64,000 nt of DNA, taken from Rhizophagus irregularis. Its lineage: Eukaryota. Positions 11,855-25,140 of the stretch are shown piece by piece. The stretch is taken from positions 3,224,001 to 3,288,000 of the forward strand of contig NC_089429.1 in NCBI RefSeq assembly GCF_026210795.1, read 5' to 3'. Numbering within the stretch: the stretch's first letter is position 1; every line of letters starts with the position of its first letter. The notes under the pieces were generated by a model. That model had not been told where the DNA came from, searched no databases, and saw only the letters and a program-made list of their open reading frames with translations. The translations under genes were made by a program, and so were the position numbers.

Positions 11855-12636
11855 AGTGTGTAAAACAGGATTCGTAGAATGGTCAACAAATACTCGATCA
11901 AGAACAATATGAGTATATGACGTCGAGTTCTTGATAAAGCAGACTCAATAAAAGTGGAAATATCATTGGTGAAGTTATCATTCCTAGCATCAATCTTGAC
12001 TTGAATGGATGAAACTTGAAATTCTTTTTCTTTAAGCAAAAGCAGGCTCGTAAGAGCAAAGTCATATTTTCTAATTTGCTAAGCAAATCAACGAAATCAT
12101 CAGTACGTCCTTCATAAAGAGAAGGAGGAAGAATTATGGGAACTGAAAAAGTACGACTATAAGTCGATAAAAGGTTATTAAGTCGTATAAAATATGATGA
12201 CCATTTGGATTCAAATTGTGAAGAATATAAAGCAAAAGTCTTATGAAGAAGACGAATAGATTTAGCCACTTTGGAAAGAAATCGATAAGATTGTGTTAAA
12301 GACTCTAAGTCTTTAGGCTTCTTTGAAGTATAAGTGTTGCCAACAGTAACCAATAGCAATTTAACTTTCGCAGCTCTAAGGATCCTAGAGTAAAGATATT
12401 CACATTTTTGATTAAGTGGCCAAGCGTCAAAACTAATTTGGTTAATTGAACATAAAACATCCAATTCATCAGCAAAGGTTGTCCATTGTTTAGCAGAAAC
12501 AGAGTCAAATTTAAAGACACGTCAAGTGTTACGATTCAATTGTCGAGCATGAGCAGATTTGATAGCATCTGTTAAAAGTGATGCGTCAAAATATGTGATG
12601 ATAGGATTATGCATGGTCAGAGATGTGCATATCATG

Positions 12637-12813
12637 TATACATGCCACCCAAATTATTTTGGACTGCCGTAATTATAAGTAAAATCCCAAATTCAATTAT
12701 GGCATCCCAAATTATTTTGGAACTTTACATAGTAAATTATATATAAACCGAATAAATTATGGCATCCCAAATTATAATTATGGCATCCCAAAATAATTTG
12801 GGCAGCATGTATA
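12637..12813. mobile_element. TATACATGC-family hAT-type MITE (intact, 177 bp)
   Basis: 8-bp TSD ATATCATG (12629-12636, 12814-12821). Inverted copy of 889-2272 without the insert. Confidence 0.9.
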
Positions 12814-14499
12814 ATATCATGTACATCAAAAATGAACACAGTCAACATATAACGGTGAAGAAGTGGGCAGGACCAAATGAAACCTATTAGTGTAATAGTA
12901 TCAAGGTGATGATAAGTGCCTAAAGTGGGAGATGAATTTAAAGGGGTACAATCTTCGTAATTATAAGAAAGTAAATAATAAAATAATCTATGAACACGAT
13001 TATTAGTGACCTGGGTTGTTGAAGAAAAATAGGATAAAATTTGTCCAAATTCATATTAAAATCACCACAAATAGCAATTATAGCATGATGAAAGTTTTGG
13101 GAAGCAGCCAAGGAGAGAAGTGAAATTAACTGATCAATAACTGCATTACCAAGTATAGGATCATTGGTAGGTGGGATATATACAACAAAAATTCGCAATT
13201 TAACATTGCCTTTAAAATATAAATCTACCGATAAAATATGTGAAGAGTGGAATTCATAAAATTGAACATGTGTGGCTAAAGAATTGTGAATGAACAAAGA
13301 AACACCACCAGAGGAACGGCCATGTTTGGTCGAGTCGAGATCAGAATGAAAAGAGGAATAATCTTTAATTCGTTTAGATAAAAATTTTATTATTTAGGAG
13401 ATAAATGGGTGTCAATGACACCAATAAAGGAAATATGTTGTTGAGTGAAAAATGAAGAAATTTGGTCGATCTTAAAAGCACCTTGACCAGGAGTTTTAAG
13501 ACCATTAACATTAAAAGAAGAAATGTTAAATGAGTTGGGAATGGGGGAGGTTAAAGAGGAAAAAGAAAATAACATATCAGATAAAGAATCGTTAAAAATA
13601 TCATTATAATCAATAGGGTTAGGGAGATTGCACACAAAGGTATCATATTCTATATTATTGTTCATTATTAATGCACCATAATAAAAATTACAGGGTGAAA
13701 AGGGAGGTTAACAAATTAATCAGACGAAGTCTTATTGACTAGGTCTGAAGAAGAGCCACCAAAAATGGAGCTAATAAATCTTTCAATAGAGCCAGATAAA
13801 TGATCAAATTTGTTATCTAAAGATCGTTAAAAAGAATAAATTTCAGCACGTTCTTTATTAATAGTAGCTTCATCAGCAGTTTCAGGAATGAGAGAGGAAG
13901 GATTGTTGAAGCAGGAAGCAGGGACCATTGGAGGAGGGAGAGCCGGGCTGGAAAAGGACCTAGTTGAAGTGGGTGGGTTAGATTGTGTTATATAAGGGGG
14001 GTACTTTGGTGATTATCAACTAGCATGTGTGAAAAATTATTTGGATCAGGTGTGAGAACATCGTCTTACTTATGTCCAAAAACTCAAAGTTCTAGCCGAG
14101 ACATTCTTTGGTCAGCTAATTCAAGAGCATGTATTCTAGCATAGACACTAGCCATATCGTCTTGAAGGCTTTTAAGCATTGAAAGGATCTCTTGAATTTG
14201 GGAGCAATTGGGATTGACCAATGGGGTTTGTGGCCAGATGAGTTAGATGCAAAGGTATTATGGTGCTGAAAAGTAGAAAAGGAGACTGAACGGTCTTTGC
14301 CTTTATGCTCATTAGATCGAGGTCATTGAGCAGATTGATTAGGATTAGTTAGATTAGCAGAATTGGGCGAGGAGGTATTGTTGATATTATTATTATTCTG
14401 TCCAGTATTATTAGCCGAATGGTTACGCTGTCAAGAACTAGAATGATCTTTGGACTGAGAACAGGAGCGTTGTCTACTGTGATTAGCAGAAGAGTAGGA

Positions 14500-15802
14500 C
14501 CCAGAAAATACTTATATATGTAAGGTCCCAAAAATATTTTTTATTAGTAGCTCTAAGCATAGGTTTTTACTATAATCGCTAAGCATTGTTGATATCTAAC
14601 CTTAAAAATTATATAAAAATAAGCAAATCAATCTTCTAACCTAATTAAATTTTTATTATAACACATATAATTTATAAAATATATTTATTAATAATTAATA
14701 TATTTTATTAAATCTAATTTTAAATATGTTGTGAAGCTAAACTAAACATAATATACAAGTAGATTAACAATATTCAATTAATAAAGTTAATAAACAGTAA
14801 AAGAAAAATTCAAAATTAATACTATTACAAAAAATGTAAATTTCTCCATAAGTATTATACTTACACCCATAAAAATTAATATGTGGGTAGTTTCGAACTT
14901 GTTAAACAATTTTCAATTAATTTAGAAAGTCGATTTCATTTGACCAAAGAGGTGTAATTACGCTCTGAAGTTGTAAACGGAGAAATGAAAAATTCGGAAG
15001 TTAGTACCGTTATGAAAAATGCACTTTTCTCCATAAGTATTATACCCACACTCATGAAAATTAATATATAAGTAGTTTCGACCTTGCTGAACAACTTTCA
15101 ATTAATTTAGAAAGTCGATTTCATTTGACTGAAGTGGTGTAATTACGCTCTGAAGTTATAAACGAAAAAGTGAAAAATTTAAAAGTTATTACTGTTAAAA
15201 AAAATATGCTTTTCTATATAAATATCATACTTAGCCTTATGAAAATTAAAATACAAGTAGATTTAACTTGCTGAACAAACTTATTTAAGCATAAAAGATA
15301 ATTTGATATAACCAAAGTGGTGAGTATTGAAATTATATTTTAAAGTAAAACATATTTATAGTAATTTTATTTAATAAAATAAACATGTATAATATATTAA
15401 AAATAATACACTGAGTTTAATAAAAATTAAAAAGATACTATTGACAGACAATTAATAAAACATTGAAAAAAAAAAATGAAATTTCATCAAAAAAAAATTT
15501 TTGTTTATGTATTTATATAAAATTGTGAAATGTAATACAAAATTAATACTCACCGTTAGTGAAAATAAAATAAAAATTAATTATAAATTCAATATATAAT
15601 ATTTTAAAAAGCTATATAAATATGAAAAATAAGCAACTAAAAACTCTTAGTATTTTAAAATAATACCAAAAATATGCAATTTAATTATTTTACATAGTAT
15701 AAAATTTTCTTAAAATTAAGCATTATAAAATTCTTACATCATAAAACTTTACTATGTTGGCTAAGCATCTTGGTACAGTACATATATAAGCATTTTCTAG
15801 GG
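14500..15802. mobile_element. CCC-ended non-autonomous DNA element (CMC/EnSpm-like) in LINE C ORF1, carrying ~183-bp repeats
   Basis: TIR CCCAGAAAATACTTATATATGTA / TACATATATAAGCATTTTCTAGGG. TSD unclear. Confidence 0.65.
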
Positions 15803-17378
15803 TACTAGAAGAGTTATTATTATTAGATTGCCCAATATTGAAGCGTTCTTTTAAGTATGCAACAGGGTTACGAGTACAGAAACTGCCTCTAGAGTAGTTC
15901 AATGGGCATGCAGTGAGGGCGCAACCGAGTTTGCCGCATCTATGACAAAGCTTGTTGGTATTTTCTGGGAATTCCCATTGGAGTTTACGACCTTGTAAGA
16001 CAATTGATTGTTCCATCACAGAGTCCATCATTTGTTGTGATTTAAAAGTGATGTAAGCCCATCTTTTAGGTTTATAAGCAAGCCATCTAAAACCCAAAGA
16101 AAAAAAATAAATGAATGTTAGCTGTTATGAATGAAGTTGAAGGAAAAATTCCCACATAATTAGGGTTGGATTGGTCCTAGCGAAGACCGGTCCTGCATCG
16201 GTCCCAATTGAGGGATGGGGAATATTAACGGCCATAGCACCAATTTCTCGTACCAAGGGCGTTAAATGTACATCTTTGGTGTTGGGAGAGAGCTGAGACA
16301 AAACAGCGACAAATTCACATCATGATTTCTTTTGATCGAGGATAAAAGAACATGGCGTAATGCGTAAACAAGTGGAATAACAATAAATTGCCCACTGCTT
16401 GTCAATAAAATGCCAGATGGAGAAAACGTCATCGTAAACAATACGAGCTTATTGGACTTTAGCATTAGTATGTGTATGAAGGCAACAGGATTGTATTTTG
16501 CCATATTTTTTGAAAAGAACAGTAACATTATCTTTCTTGATAAAAAATGGGATATCAGTGACTTGGATAGTATGGAGATCTTTATCAGTTTGGAGTTGCT
16601 GTGGGTTGTGTAGGAAAAACTGGAGATCAGCAAGATTATCATATCAGAGAGAAAAGTAGGCATCACGTTCTTTGATCGAATTAAAGTGGATAACCAATCT
16701 TTTAAGGTAACCAGAACCAGAGATGCGGGCACAGCTAGTATATGAATGGTAAGTTTCCAAAAGGAGGTTGTTGACAGCGTTAATCATAGCTCGATTGGTA
16801 GGATATTTTTTAACAAATTCAGGGGAAGCATTAAGCGCCACAGCAGCCTGATAATCACACCTAAGAATGGTAATAGTGGACATGTCAAGGAGAGGAGGAG
16901 AAGTATCATTGGTGTTCATAATATTCTTATTAGGAGACGCGTTTAGAAGTGAAGTTTCTTTGTCCTTTGGAGCATGCATGGATGCGTTAGTATCAGACAT
17001 AATAGAACCAGACGCAGAAGGCGCAGCAGTATCTTTGGGAGGAGGAGATGAAAAATTGTCAGTATTATTTGTTGAGGAGGAGTAGTATTGCTTCCTCCAG
17101 CATCAGCCGCTGAGTTAGCGATGAAGTCTTCTTCCATGGAATTTTCAGAAAGCGTACGGGTACATTTGGAAGGGTTGTTTTTATTGTTTGTTTGTTTGAT
17201 ATCAGAGTTTGAAACATCGGAGCCAGAATCTTTGTTATTATTGTTTCATTTGTCTTTGCGCTTAGCAGGCCTCTTTTGGTTGCTGCCAGCTTTATTAGTA
17301 CTTTTATTAGTCATAGTAGTAGAATATAAGGTTGTGTTAGTACGAAGAGATAAAAATTTCTTCCGCGAAATTTTTGAC

Positions 17379-17643
17379 AAGTCACACTTTTAGCAGATTG
17401 GCCCATTTTTTAGGATCCAAAAAATCATTTTTTGTAAATATCTCAGCATCTAGTGGTCCAATTTAGATGAACTTTTTTTAAATTGTAGAGCTAAATGAAG
17501 GTTACAAAATAAAAAATAGTTCATTAAAATTGAATCACTGGATGCTGAGATATTTACAAATAATGATTTTTTGAATTTCAGCAAAAAGAGGTGTTTTGGG
17601 CCAAAAGTCCATTATAATCTTTATATTAGATATCCAGGGTCCT
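17379..17643. mobile_element. AGGAC-family MITE cut by the LINE C 5' junction
   Basis: Reverse complement of 8939-~9204, ending AGATATCCAGGGTCCT. Similarity stops at AAGTCACAC, where LINE C begins. Confidence 0.85.
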
Positions 17644-17649
17644 CAAAAA

Positions 17650-18700
17650 ACCTGTAGACCTACAAAAATAAGAAGAGAAACGTTAGTAAACGTTTCTTAA
17701 AAAAAAATTAAAAAATAAAGTTTCATAACATCAAGTTTCGCAATAGATGTTGCGAAACTTACCATTCTACCCAAAGTCCAATACCTGCAAAAAGAAAAAG
17801 AAAGAAATGTTAGTATTGTTTCTTTAAAAATAAAAAAATTAAAGATTTTGAAGTTTTACCTTCAAAATCCCGTTTAGAAAACAATCAGGAATCTGTAGGC
17901 CTAAAAAAGAAAGAAAAATGAAACGTTAATCACGTTTCGTATAAATTTTTTTAAAAAAAATAATTTAAAAAAAAACAAAAAATCGAAATGTTAGATATGT
18001 TTTGTTAAAGATAAACAAAATCAAAAAAACTTTGAAGATTTACCTTCAAAATTTCTGTCCATGAGCCATCTGAAAGCTGCAGTTCTAAAAAAAACAAAAA
18101 ATTGAAACGTTAGATACTGACATTTTGTTAAAGACAAACAATTAAAAATTTTGAAGGTTTACCTTCAAAATTTCCGTCCATGAGCCATCCAGAAAGCCAC
18201 AGTCCTAAAAAAAATAAAAAATTGAAATGTTAGATACGTTTCGTTAAAATAAACTACTAAAGTTAAAAAATTTAAAAAAATTTTGTTGTTTACCTTCAAA
18301 ATTCCATCTGTGAGAAAGTAATTCAATAAAAATTAAATTAAAAAAAAAATTCTGAAATATTTAAAAATATTTCGATAAAAAAAAGTAAATTAAAAAAAAT
18401 GAATCAAAATGTTAATAAACACTTTGATAAAGAAAGAAAAAAAAAGTAAATCAAAACGTTTAAAAATGTTTTGATAGAAAATTAAAAAAATATTAAAAAA
18501 TCAGAATGTCAATAAACGTTCTGATATAAAAATTAAAAAAAAAACATTTCAAAAAAAATAAAAAAGAAAATTTTGAAACGTCAGGTATAGAAACGGTTTG
18601 ACAATAAAATTAAAACGAAATGTAAGTAAACGTTTCGTTGAAAAAGTAGTTTTTTTTTAACGAAAAAATGAAAACATTACCTAACGTTTCATTATATAAC
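17650..18700 (-). repeat. Degenerate tandem micro-exon/intron-like repeats
   Basis: TTACCTTCAAAAT recurs at ~17856, 18040, 18159 and 18289. Minus-strand pattern is AG|GTAAA ... CTAAC ... poly-T TAG. Confidence 0.55.
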
Positions 18701-19079
18701 TATAAAAAAACTAAACATAGTTAAATTATTAATATTATAATTTAATTATTAGTATTTGTATTAATTTTTATGTTTTATATAAATTTTTAATTAAAATTAA
18801 CATTTTATGAAGTTATTTGTAAATTTTAAATATTTATTATATTTATTATTGTATAAAATTGATCTGTCATGACATTTGTATTATGTGGTAAGATCAAATA
18901 AATGATCAGCAAATGATTGGCAAATTAGTGATAAAATAGAGATATTCGCTATACTCTATAGAATTGCTTATAGAATCACAACTATCTTGTACTGATAACT
19001 TAAATACAACTAGCTATCAATATAAACTCTGTATAGGTGATAATTTTAATGATTGATTATCTGTTGATTTGTTCATGCA

Positions 19080-19323
19080 TAAGGTTGCTTGCCGAAACCT
19101 AGGGGTTTAGACAAGATGGCGTTTCGCCGAAAAGCGAAATTCTGCTGAAACTATATTAAAGTTATATTAAAAAACTGGCGAAACTTTGGAGAAAGGCGAA
19201 ACTGCCAAAACTTATTATAAATGCCGAAACTGCCGAAACTCTGCTGAAACTATAATAAATCTATAGTAAAATTTTGACAAAACTAATCGTAGGATTTTGA
19301 AGAGGTTTAGACAAGCAACCTTA
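19080..19323. mobile_element. TAAGGTTGC-family hAT-type MITE
   Basis: TIR TAAGGTTGCTTG/CAAGCAACCTTA; TSD TTCATGCA. Confidence 0.9.
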
Positions 19324-19912
19324 TTCATGCATAAATATTGTCGGGAAAAAGGCTTTGAATGTCAAATTTTTTGAAATGATAAAGATTCAAATGGCTATTC
19401 TATTATTAGATGCAAATTTTTTTATTGTTCTTTAAGTAGAACTTATAAAGTTTGTAAAGTTATTAATCAGAATTTGCATCATCAATGGAATTCTAATAAA
19501 TTTAACTGTGTATGGCATCATAACTTTACGTTGCCAAAATCAAAAAATCAAATAAGATGTACAACATTAGTGAATGTACATAATCATGAGTTAGTAAATT
19601 CAACTCAAATAGTTTTTTATAGATTGTAAAGTTACACCTATCATACAATTAAAAATTTTCAAAAAAAAAATATCTTTAACATGTTTTCATAGACAAGATG
19701 TCTATAATTCAATTTATAAATTGTGTGAAAATTGTAAAAATAATGAAAAACTTGATTCAGGCTCATTATTTAATGCTCTTTTTAAAAAAATAATGGAAAA
19801 TCTATATTAGAAGGTTTTTATTTAACATTCAGGTAATAAGCATCATTTATTTGGTATATTTTAGATGTCTTCAGAACTCAGAAATATATATACAGGAGTA
19901 GGTACACAGATA

Positions 19913-21244
19913 CACTACCCTCCAAAAAGTATCCGGTCAAGCTCTTTTCGATTTTCTCAAAATTGAATATATAAATTATCATTTTTTTTAAAAAAACCAA
20001 TTCTCCTGATTCTCAAGATTAAAATGGATGTATTTTTATTGTGTTATGATGCATGTACTGGATTTGGCGATTAAAACAAATAATAACACCTCAATTTTGC
20101 CAACAACGATCTTTACTTTTTTTGTTCACTATACCACTTGGCTATTTTAAAATGGAAAAAACTCGTGAGTTGAGTGAGTTTGAACGTGGGCAAATTATTG
20201 GCCTCTGGAAAAAAGAAAGAACTCATGAAGCTATCAGTCATGTCCTAAAAATTCCAAAAAGTACCATTACAGACACAATTGTCTGATACAAAAATTTTAA
20301 TACTGGATTAACAACTAAAAGAACTGGAAGACCATGTTCCATGAATAATAATGATTGTCGTAAACTTTTGAAAATTATTAAAAAGAATAATAAACTTTCT
20401 TTGGGTGAAATTCAGCAGAAATTTCATAGTTCACAGGATAAACAGATTTCAGCTAACACTATTCGTAAAAACCTTCATCAAATGCAAATTTATTCCCGGG
20501 TTGCTGTGCCGAAACCACTTCTTACAGAGTCTCAACGTGAAAAACGGTTGTCATGGTGCATAGAACGGCAAAGTTGGTCTGTGCAATAATGGAAAACTAT
20601 CATCTGGAGTGACGAATCCAGATTTACACTTTTTCAAAATGATGGTCCTAGTCATGTTTGGCAAAAAAATAGAACCCGATACAATATCGAAAATTTGACT
20701 CCTACAGTTAAACACGGTGGTGGTAGTATTATGATGTGGGGATGCTTTTCAGGAAAAGGACTGGGACTATTGGTAAAAGTAGACGGTAAAATGAATAGGT
20801 TAGATTATATTGATATTTTAGAAAAAAATTTACTGCCATTCATTCAATCAAAACATCACAGGCAACGGTACGCATTTCAGGATGACAATGGTCTGGTTCA
20901 TACTGCAAGAGATGTTAAAAATTAAATTGTACAGAAAAAGATTAAGATTCTTCCAGATTGGCCTTCCCAATTCCCGGATCTTAATCCTATTGAACATTTG
21001 TGGCATGAACTTGAATGAAGACTTCAAAAATGATCTGCACATCCAAAGAATTTTGTGAACTTGAAGAAGCATTGCAAGATGAGTGGGAAAGAATCCCACC
21101 CGAAACTTACATTAATTTAATTGAGAGCATGCCACGTCGAATTGAAGCATGCATTAAAAACAATGGATGGCTAACTAAATACTAATTATTATTAATAAAA
21201 ATATAATCTTTATTATTTGACTGGATACTTTTGGGAGGGTAGTG
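19913..21244 (+). mobile_element. Tc1-family DNA transposon (full length, inactive)
   Basis: 28-bp TIR CACTACCCTCCAAAAAGTATCCGGTCAA (2 mismatches); TA TSD. Confidence 0.95.
20152..21185 (+). pseudogene. Tc1 DD34E transposase pseudogene
   Basis: ELSEFERGQIIG (HTH), [41 protein letters not shown]. Several in-frame stops and a frameshift. Confidence 0.95.
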
Positions 21245-22190
21245 TACATTGTCATTATAGTAGAATTAGATAGAGTAAAGTTTTAATTTGCGTACAATTT
21301 TAGAATTTTTCATCTATAGTTAGGTTATCAAGATTGCGTATTTTTTATCAAAATTTTTATATGTAAAAAATTAGTTTGCATATTTTTGGTCTAAATTTGA
21401 CTGATCTTATATATATAATATATTTACTGTACGTATTTATTTAATCAATTGCATTGTAATATTTAGTATTAATTGAAAGAAATTTTTAAGGGTTAAAAAA
21501 AGACCCTGAATAATACTAATATAGGTAGGAGCTGAAGATGCGTCATCATCTTAGTAGCTATCAATATGTTAAAATTTGGGAATACGTATAATTATCAAAA
21601 ATTATTTGATTTTGCATAATTTTGATTGGATTTTAGAATGGTAAGATGTTGGATTTGCTTATTTTTGGTACATTTTTAGAAATAAGTTTCCTTTTTTTGT
21701 AATAATTTAATTTTATTAATGATCATAAAATAAATTTTTTTTCAAAAAAAATCTTTTCTGTATTACATATATAATATTTTATTGGAAATAATATGGTAAA
21801 TAAAGAGTAATTGGCTCATATTATTAATGCAAATCAAATTAAACTGCAGATATGAAGAAATTATTTAAATAGTCATGTAGTATGTTCAGAATATAAAACA
21901 GACGAAGACAAAGAATAATTTGATACAATTAATAAAAGAGCAATTAAAATTTTAAAAACTGACTTAAAGTTAAAGAATTAAAATGTGCATTTTGTAATAA
22001 TTTTAGGGGTTAGAAGTTATAAATGCGTACTGATCATAGTTAAAAGTGCTGCATATAGCTAATAGTAAATTTTTTTTTCTGGACCTTACCTATATCAGTA
22101 TTGTTCAGCAGGGTCCTGTTATAAAAAGTAAAATTTTAGAAAAATATAGTAAATTTTATTTTTTTACATTAGTATTTAGTTTTATAAATA

Positions 22191-22374
22191 CAGTCAAACC
22201 TTCATATAACGATATGTCGGGACATATATGAAATTTTTAGAAAATATTGTTATATCAAAGTTATACCGATATTTATATGTCCTTACATATAGTCAGAAAA
22301 TAAAATTTTATCAGTATATCAAGTTTTTAATAGTATATTGATATATCGAATATTGGTATATCGAGGTTAGACTG
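22191..22374. mobile_element. pogo/Tigger-like MITE
   Basis: CAGTCAAACCTTCATATAAC / GGTATATCGAGGTTAGACTG; TA TSD. Confidence 0.8.
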
Positions 22375-22666
22375 TAATATAGAAATCATGATAAAAATAA
22401 TTAATAACTTAATATCTGAAATTTTATTTGCATATTTTTGCAGGATTTCAATATCAAGTATTAATTATGCGTAATACTCATATAAAAAGTCTCTTCATAT
22501 AGCTTATAGTAAAAAAAATTTTTGCCACCTGACCCCTATATATATATTTCTGAATCCTATGTCTCTTTTACAGCAAGATTTATATCAACAATTTCATGAT
22601 GTGATGTTAAATGATAACATATGTAAAACAAATAAATACAACATGTATTTAATTTTATATGATTAA

Positions 22667-23112
22667 AGAAGGATCCCAAAAAATACATAAATAGTCACAT
22701 TTGAGTTTGCTTAAAAAGAACCAAAATTTTTATGAAAATCTTGCCTTTTTTAAATAATGCCGGTCTAAGCTATTTGATCATTATGTATCATAAAGTATGA
22801 ATTATATTAATTTTAATTATTAAGAAATTTGATTTTTTTTTTAAATAATAGTTTAAAAAAGTTTTTACGTAAAATTGATCATTCAAATAACAATCATTTT
22901 ACGGGTTAACGAGAAATCTGCTGTAAATCTATTAATTTATTATTGCATTTTATAGTATCTAATTTACTCACCGATTATGTTTAATTTTTAATATAATAAA
23001 CCATTTTAATATTGGCCAGCATTATTATAATTCTGATTCTGAAAAGTTACTTATTTTAGGCCAAAATCTTGCCAATCATTTATGACCTCCATATGTATTT
23101 TTTGGAGTCTTA
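22667..23112. mobile_element. Degenerate TTAA-inserting MITE
   Basis: TTAA on both sides; imperfect TIR around CCAAAAAATACATA; interrupts the MULE frame. Confidence 0.55.
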
Positions 23113-23547
23113 TTAAAGATAACTATGAGAAATTTCACAATGTAGCAAATGCTCTTGTAGAGAAAGAAATGATATCAACGTATACTTAAATCTTATAATG
23201 TATTATGAAAGCAATAGATAATATTATACTAAAATCTTTTTGAACAGATGCCAAATCTGACTTAATTAATGTAATTTCACTTTTACTGCCTTTTTTATAT
23301 ATAGCAAAATATTATTAAATACTTTAAAACAAAACTAAGCTCAAAATTTAATTCATTTAGTACTTATTTTTATTCATATAGAAATGCGTTAAGTATAAGA
23401 ACATTATATCCAAATCATTCTAGTTAGGCCATCTTTTTAATTCAATACAGGCATTTAAAACATGCAATCTGTAGAATCATTTAATGCTATTATTAAAAAA
23501 TCTTTAAATAGTGCCAGCATTTTATGTGATATTGAGAAAGTAATTAA

Positions 23548-24153
23548 GGGACAAATCGCCACTCAACTGGAGAATTTTAATAATGCCGATTTACGCAAAT
23601 TATCGCTAAAAATGGCTAATACTCCTTTTTTACTGGATTGTCATATCATCATATGATATGATACACAAATTTTAAAAATGGTAATTAATAGTGACAATCC
23701 TAGCTAAGCCACTTGCAAAGTTTGAAATCGCTAGAGTTTCGCGTCTTTGACTTTTCTATGTAGGAACGCAAGATTCTGACGGTAAATTTCCTATTAACCC
23801 AAATATTGGATGAAAAATTTTTGAACATTTTTCACTGTAACTAAGCTATATTTGGTTTTTTATTTAGTTTTTAAATCTTTATTTAGTTTTATTTGAATCT
23901 TTTTAATATTCACATTCTTTGTTAAACTTGTACAGTTTCTACTAAAACTACATATGTATACCTATAGTGCAAATTTATGAAATATTTTTTTTGGACATAA
24001 AAGTTATTGTATACTGTTTTTTTTCACTTATTGGAAAAAAAATTATAGTAAAGAACAAGAAATTCCAAAAAATTTTTTTTTATTAATTACAAAGCCCGTA
24101 AAATTAATTATAGAATGTCGATCATTTTCTCTGGTTGAATGACGATCTGTCTC
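23548..24153. mobile_element. TTAA-inserting MITE with G(A/G)G...CTC ends (Sola3- or Kolobok-like)
   Basis: TIR GGGACAAATCGCCACTCAACTGGAGAA vs GAGACAGATCGTCATTCAACCAGAGAA; TTAA TSD. Confidence 0.8.
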
Positions 24154-25140
24154 TTAATGATAAAAGACATAAAAGTAAATTTCAATATTGCAAATTGGTT
24201 AATTTTAAAGCTCAGCAAACAACAGTAGTACTTTTCTATTTATTTTTATAATTCTTTTCTAATACAATTCTTACTTAATTTTTAATGCTTCTTATTTTAT
24301 CTTGGCAAAGATTTCAAATCTTTCAATTATTACATATAAAGGATATTTAATGAAATCTTTTATTAATGATGAGGCAAATATTATTTTATTAAATTATTTG
24401 CATGATGTTATACAACTTAATAAACTAATATTTTCTATATAAAATAAAAGATTTTGGATTCTGATACCACTAATAAAAGTTTTATAAAAGATATTGTAGA
24501 TGAACTACAAATAACTTTAAAATCACTTTTAAATAGTAATACTTAAGGTTCAATTATTGAAATGTGAAAAATTCAAAGAATTAGTAGAATTTTATGTAAA
24601 AAAAATATTGTAGTCCTTTTTACCAATGAAATTCATTATTACACATATTTGGAAACTATTACAAAAGGTATAATCTTTATTATTTTTGACGTATTATGCT
24701 TTATTCAAGTTTAGCACAATTTTACATTTGAATTATTTCTGTTAGATGGTATAATAATAATGTTTTAATTAATCTGGATATTAATCTTAAGAATTCTCCT
24801 ATTTTTACAGCAGTAGAACCTTCTAATTCAACATTATTATCTCAAGTTGATTTATATTTCAGAGTTTATAACAGTTTTAAGGATCAGCATTAGGAAGTTT
24901 GATAAGCGTTAATTTATACTAGTATATATGTTGATTAACACTAGCTAGTTGTTCAATATGATTTACATATTAATCAATATCATATACTGGAGTATATCAA
25001 CATATCCTATGAAAAGTTTTTATACTTAAAATATACTTAAAATTTTATTAAAATATATTTAAACTAGAATTTAAGTATAATATAAGTGTATTTTTTACAT
25101 GTTTAAAATATTCTTAAAATGTGCTTAAAATTCAATTTAA

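Larger units (their letters stand above)
11855..17378 (-). pseudogene. LINE C: 5' half of a non-LTR retrotransposon (ORF1 plus APE endonuclease part of ORF2); RT end lost
   Basis: ORF1 from ATG 17314 includes YKPKRWAYITF (RRM) and CHRCGKLGC. ORF2 from 13665 includes SSFNVNGL, IGVIDTHL and ICGDFN, plus a linker homologous to LINE A/B. Many frameshifts. Confidence 0.85.
19873..22558. mobile_element. AGGA-type non-autonomous element hosting the Tc1 and a pogo-like MITE
   Basis: TIR AGAACTCAGAAATATATATACAGG vs AGGATTCAGAAATATATATATAGG; TSD ATGTCTTC/ATGTCTCT. Removing it rejoins the MULE frame. Confidence 0.65.
19335..24890 (+). pseudogene. Heavily decayed FAR1/MULE transposase split by several insertions
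   Basis: Fragments TLVNVHNHELV (~19565), MS..QQDLYQQFHDVMLNDNICKTNKYNM (19865|22570), VANALVEKE (23140), QSVESFNAIIKK (23465) and a SWIM-like remnant (~24640-24710). Confidence 0.7.
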
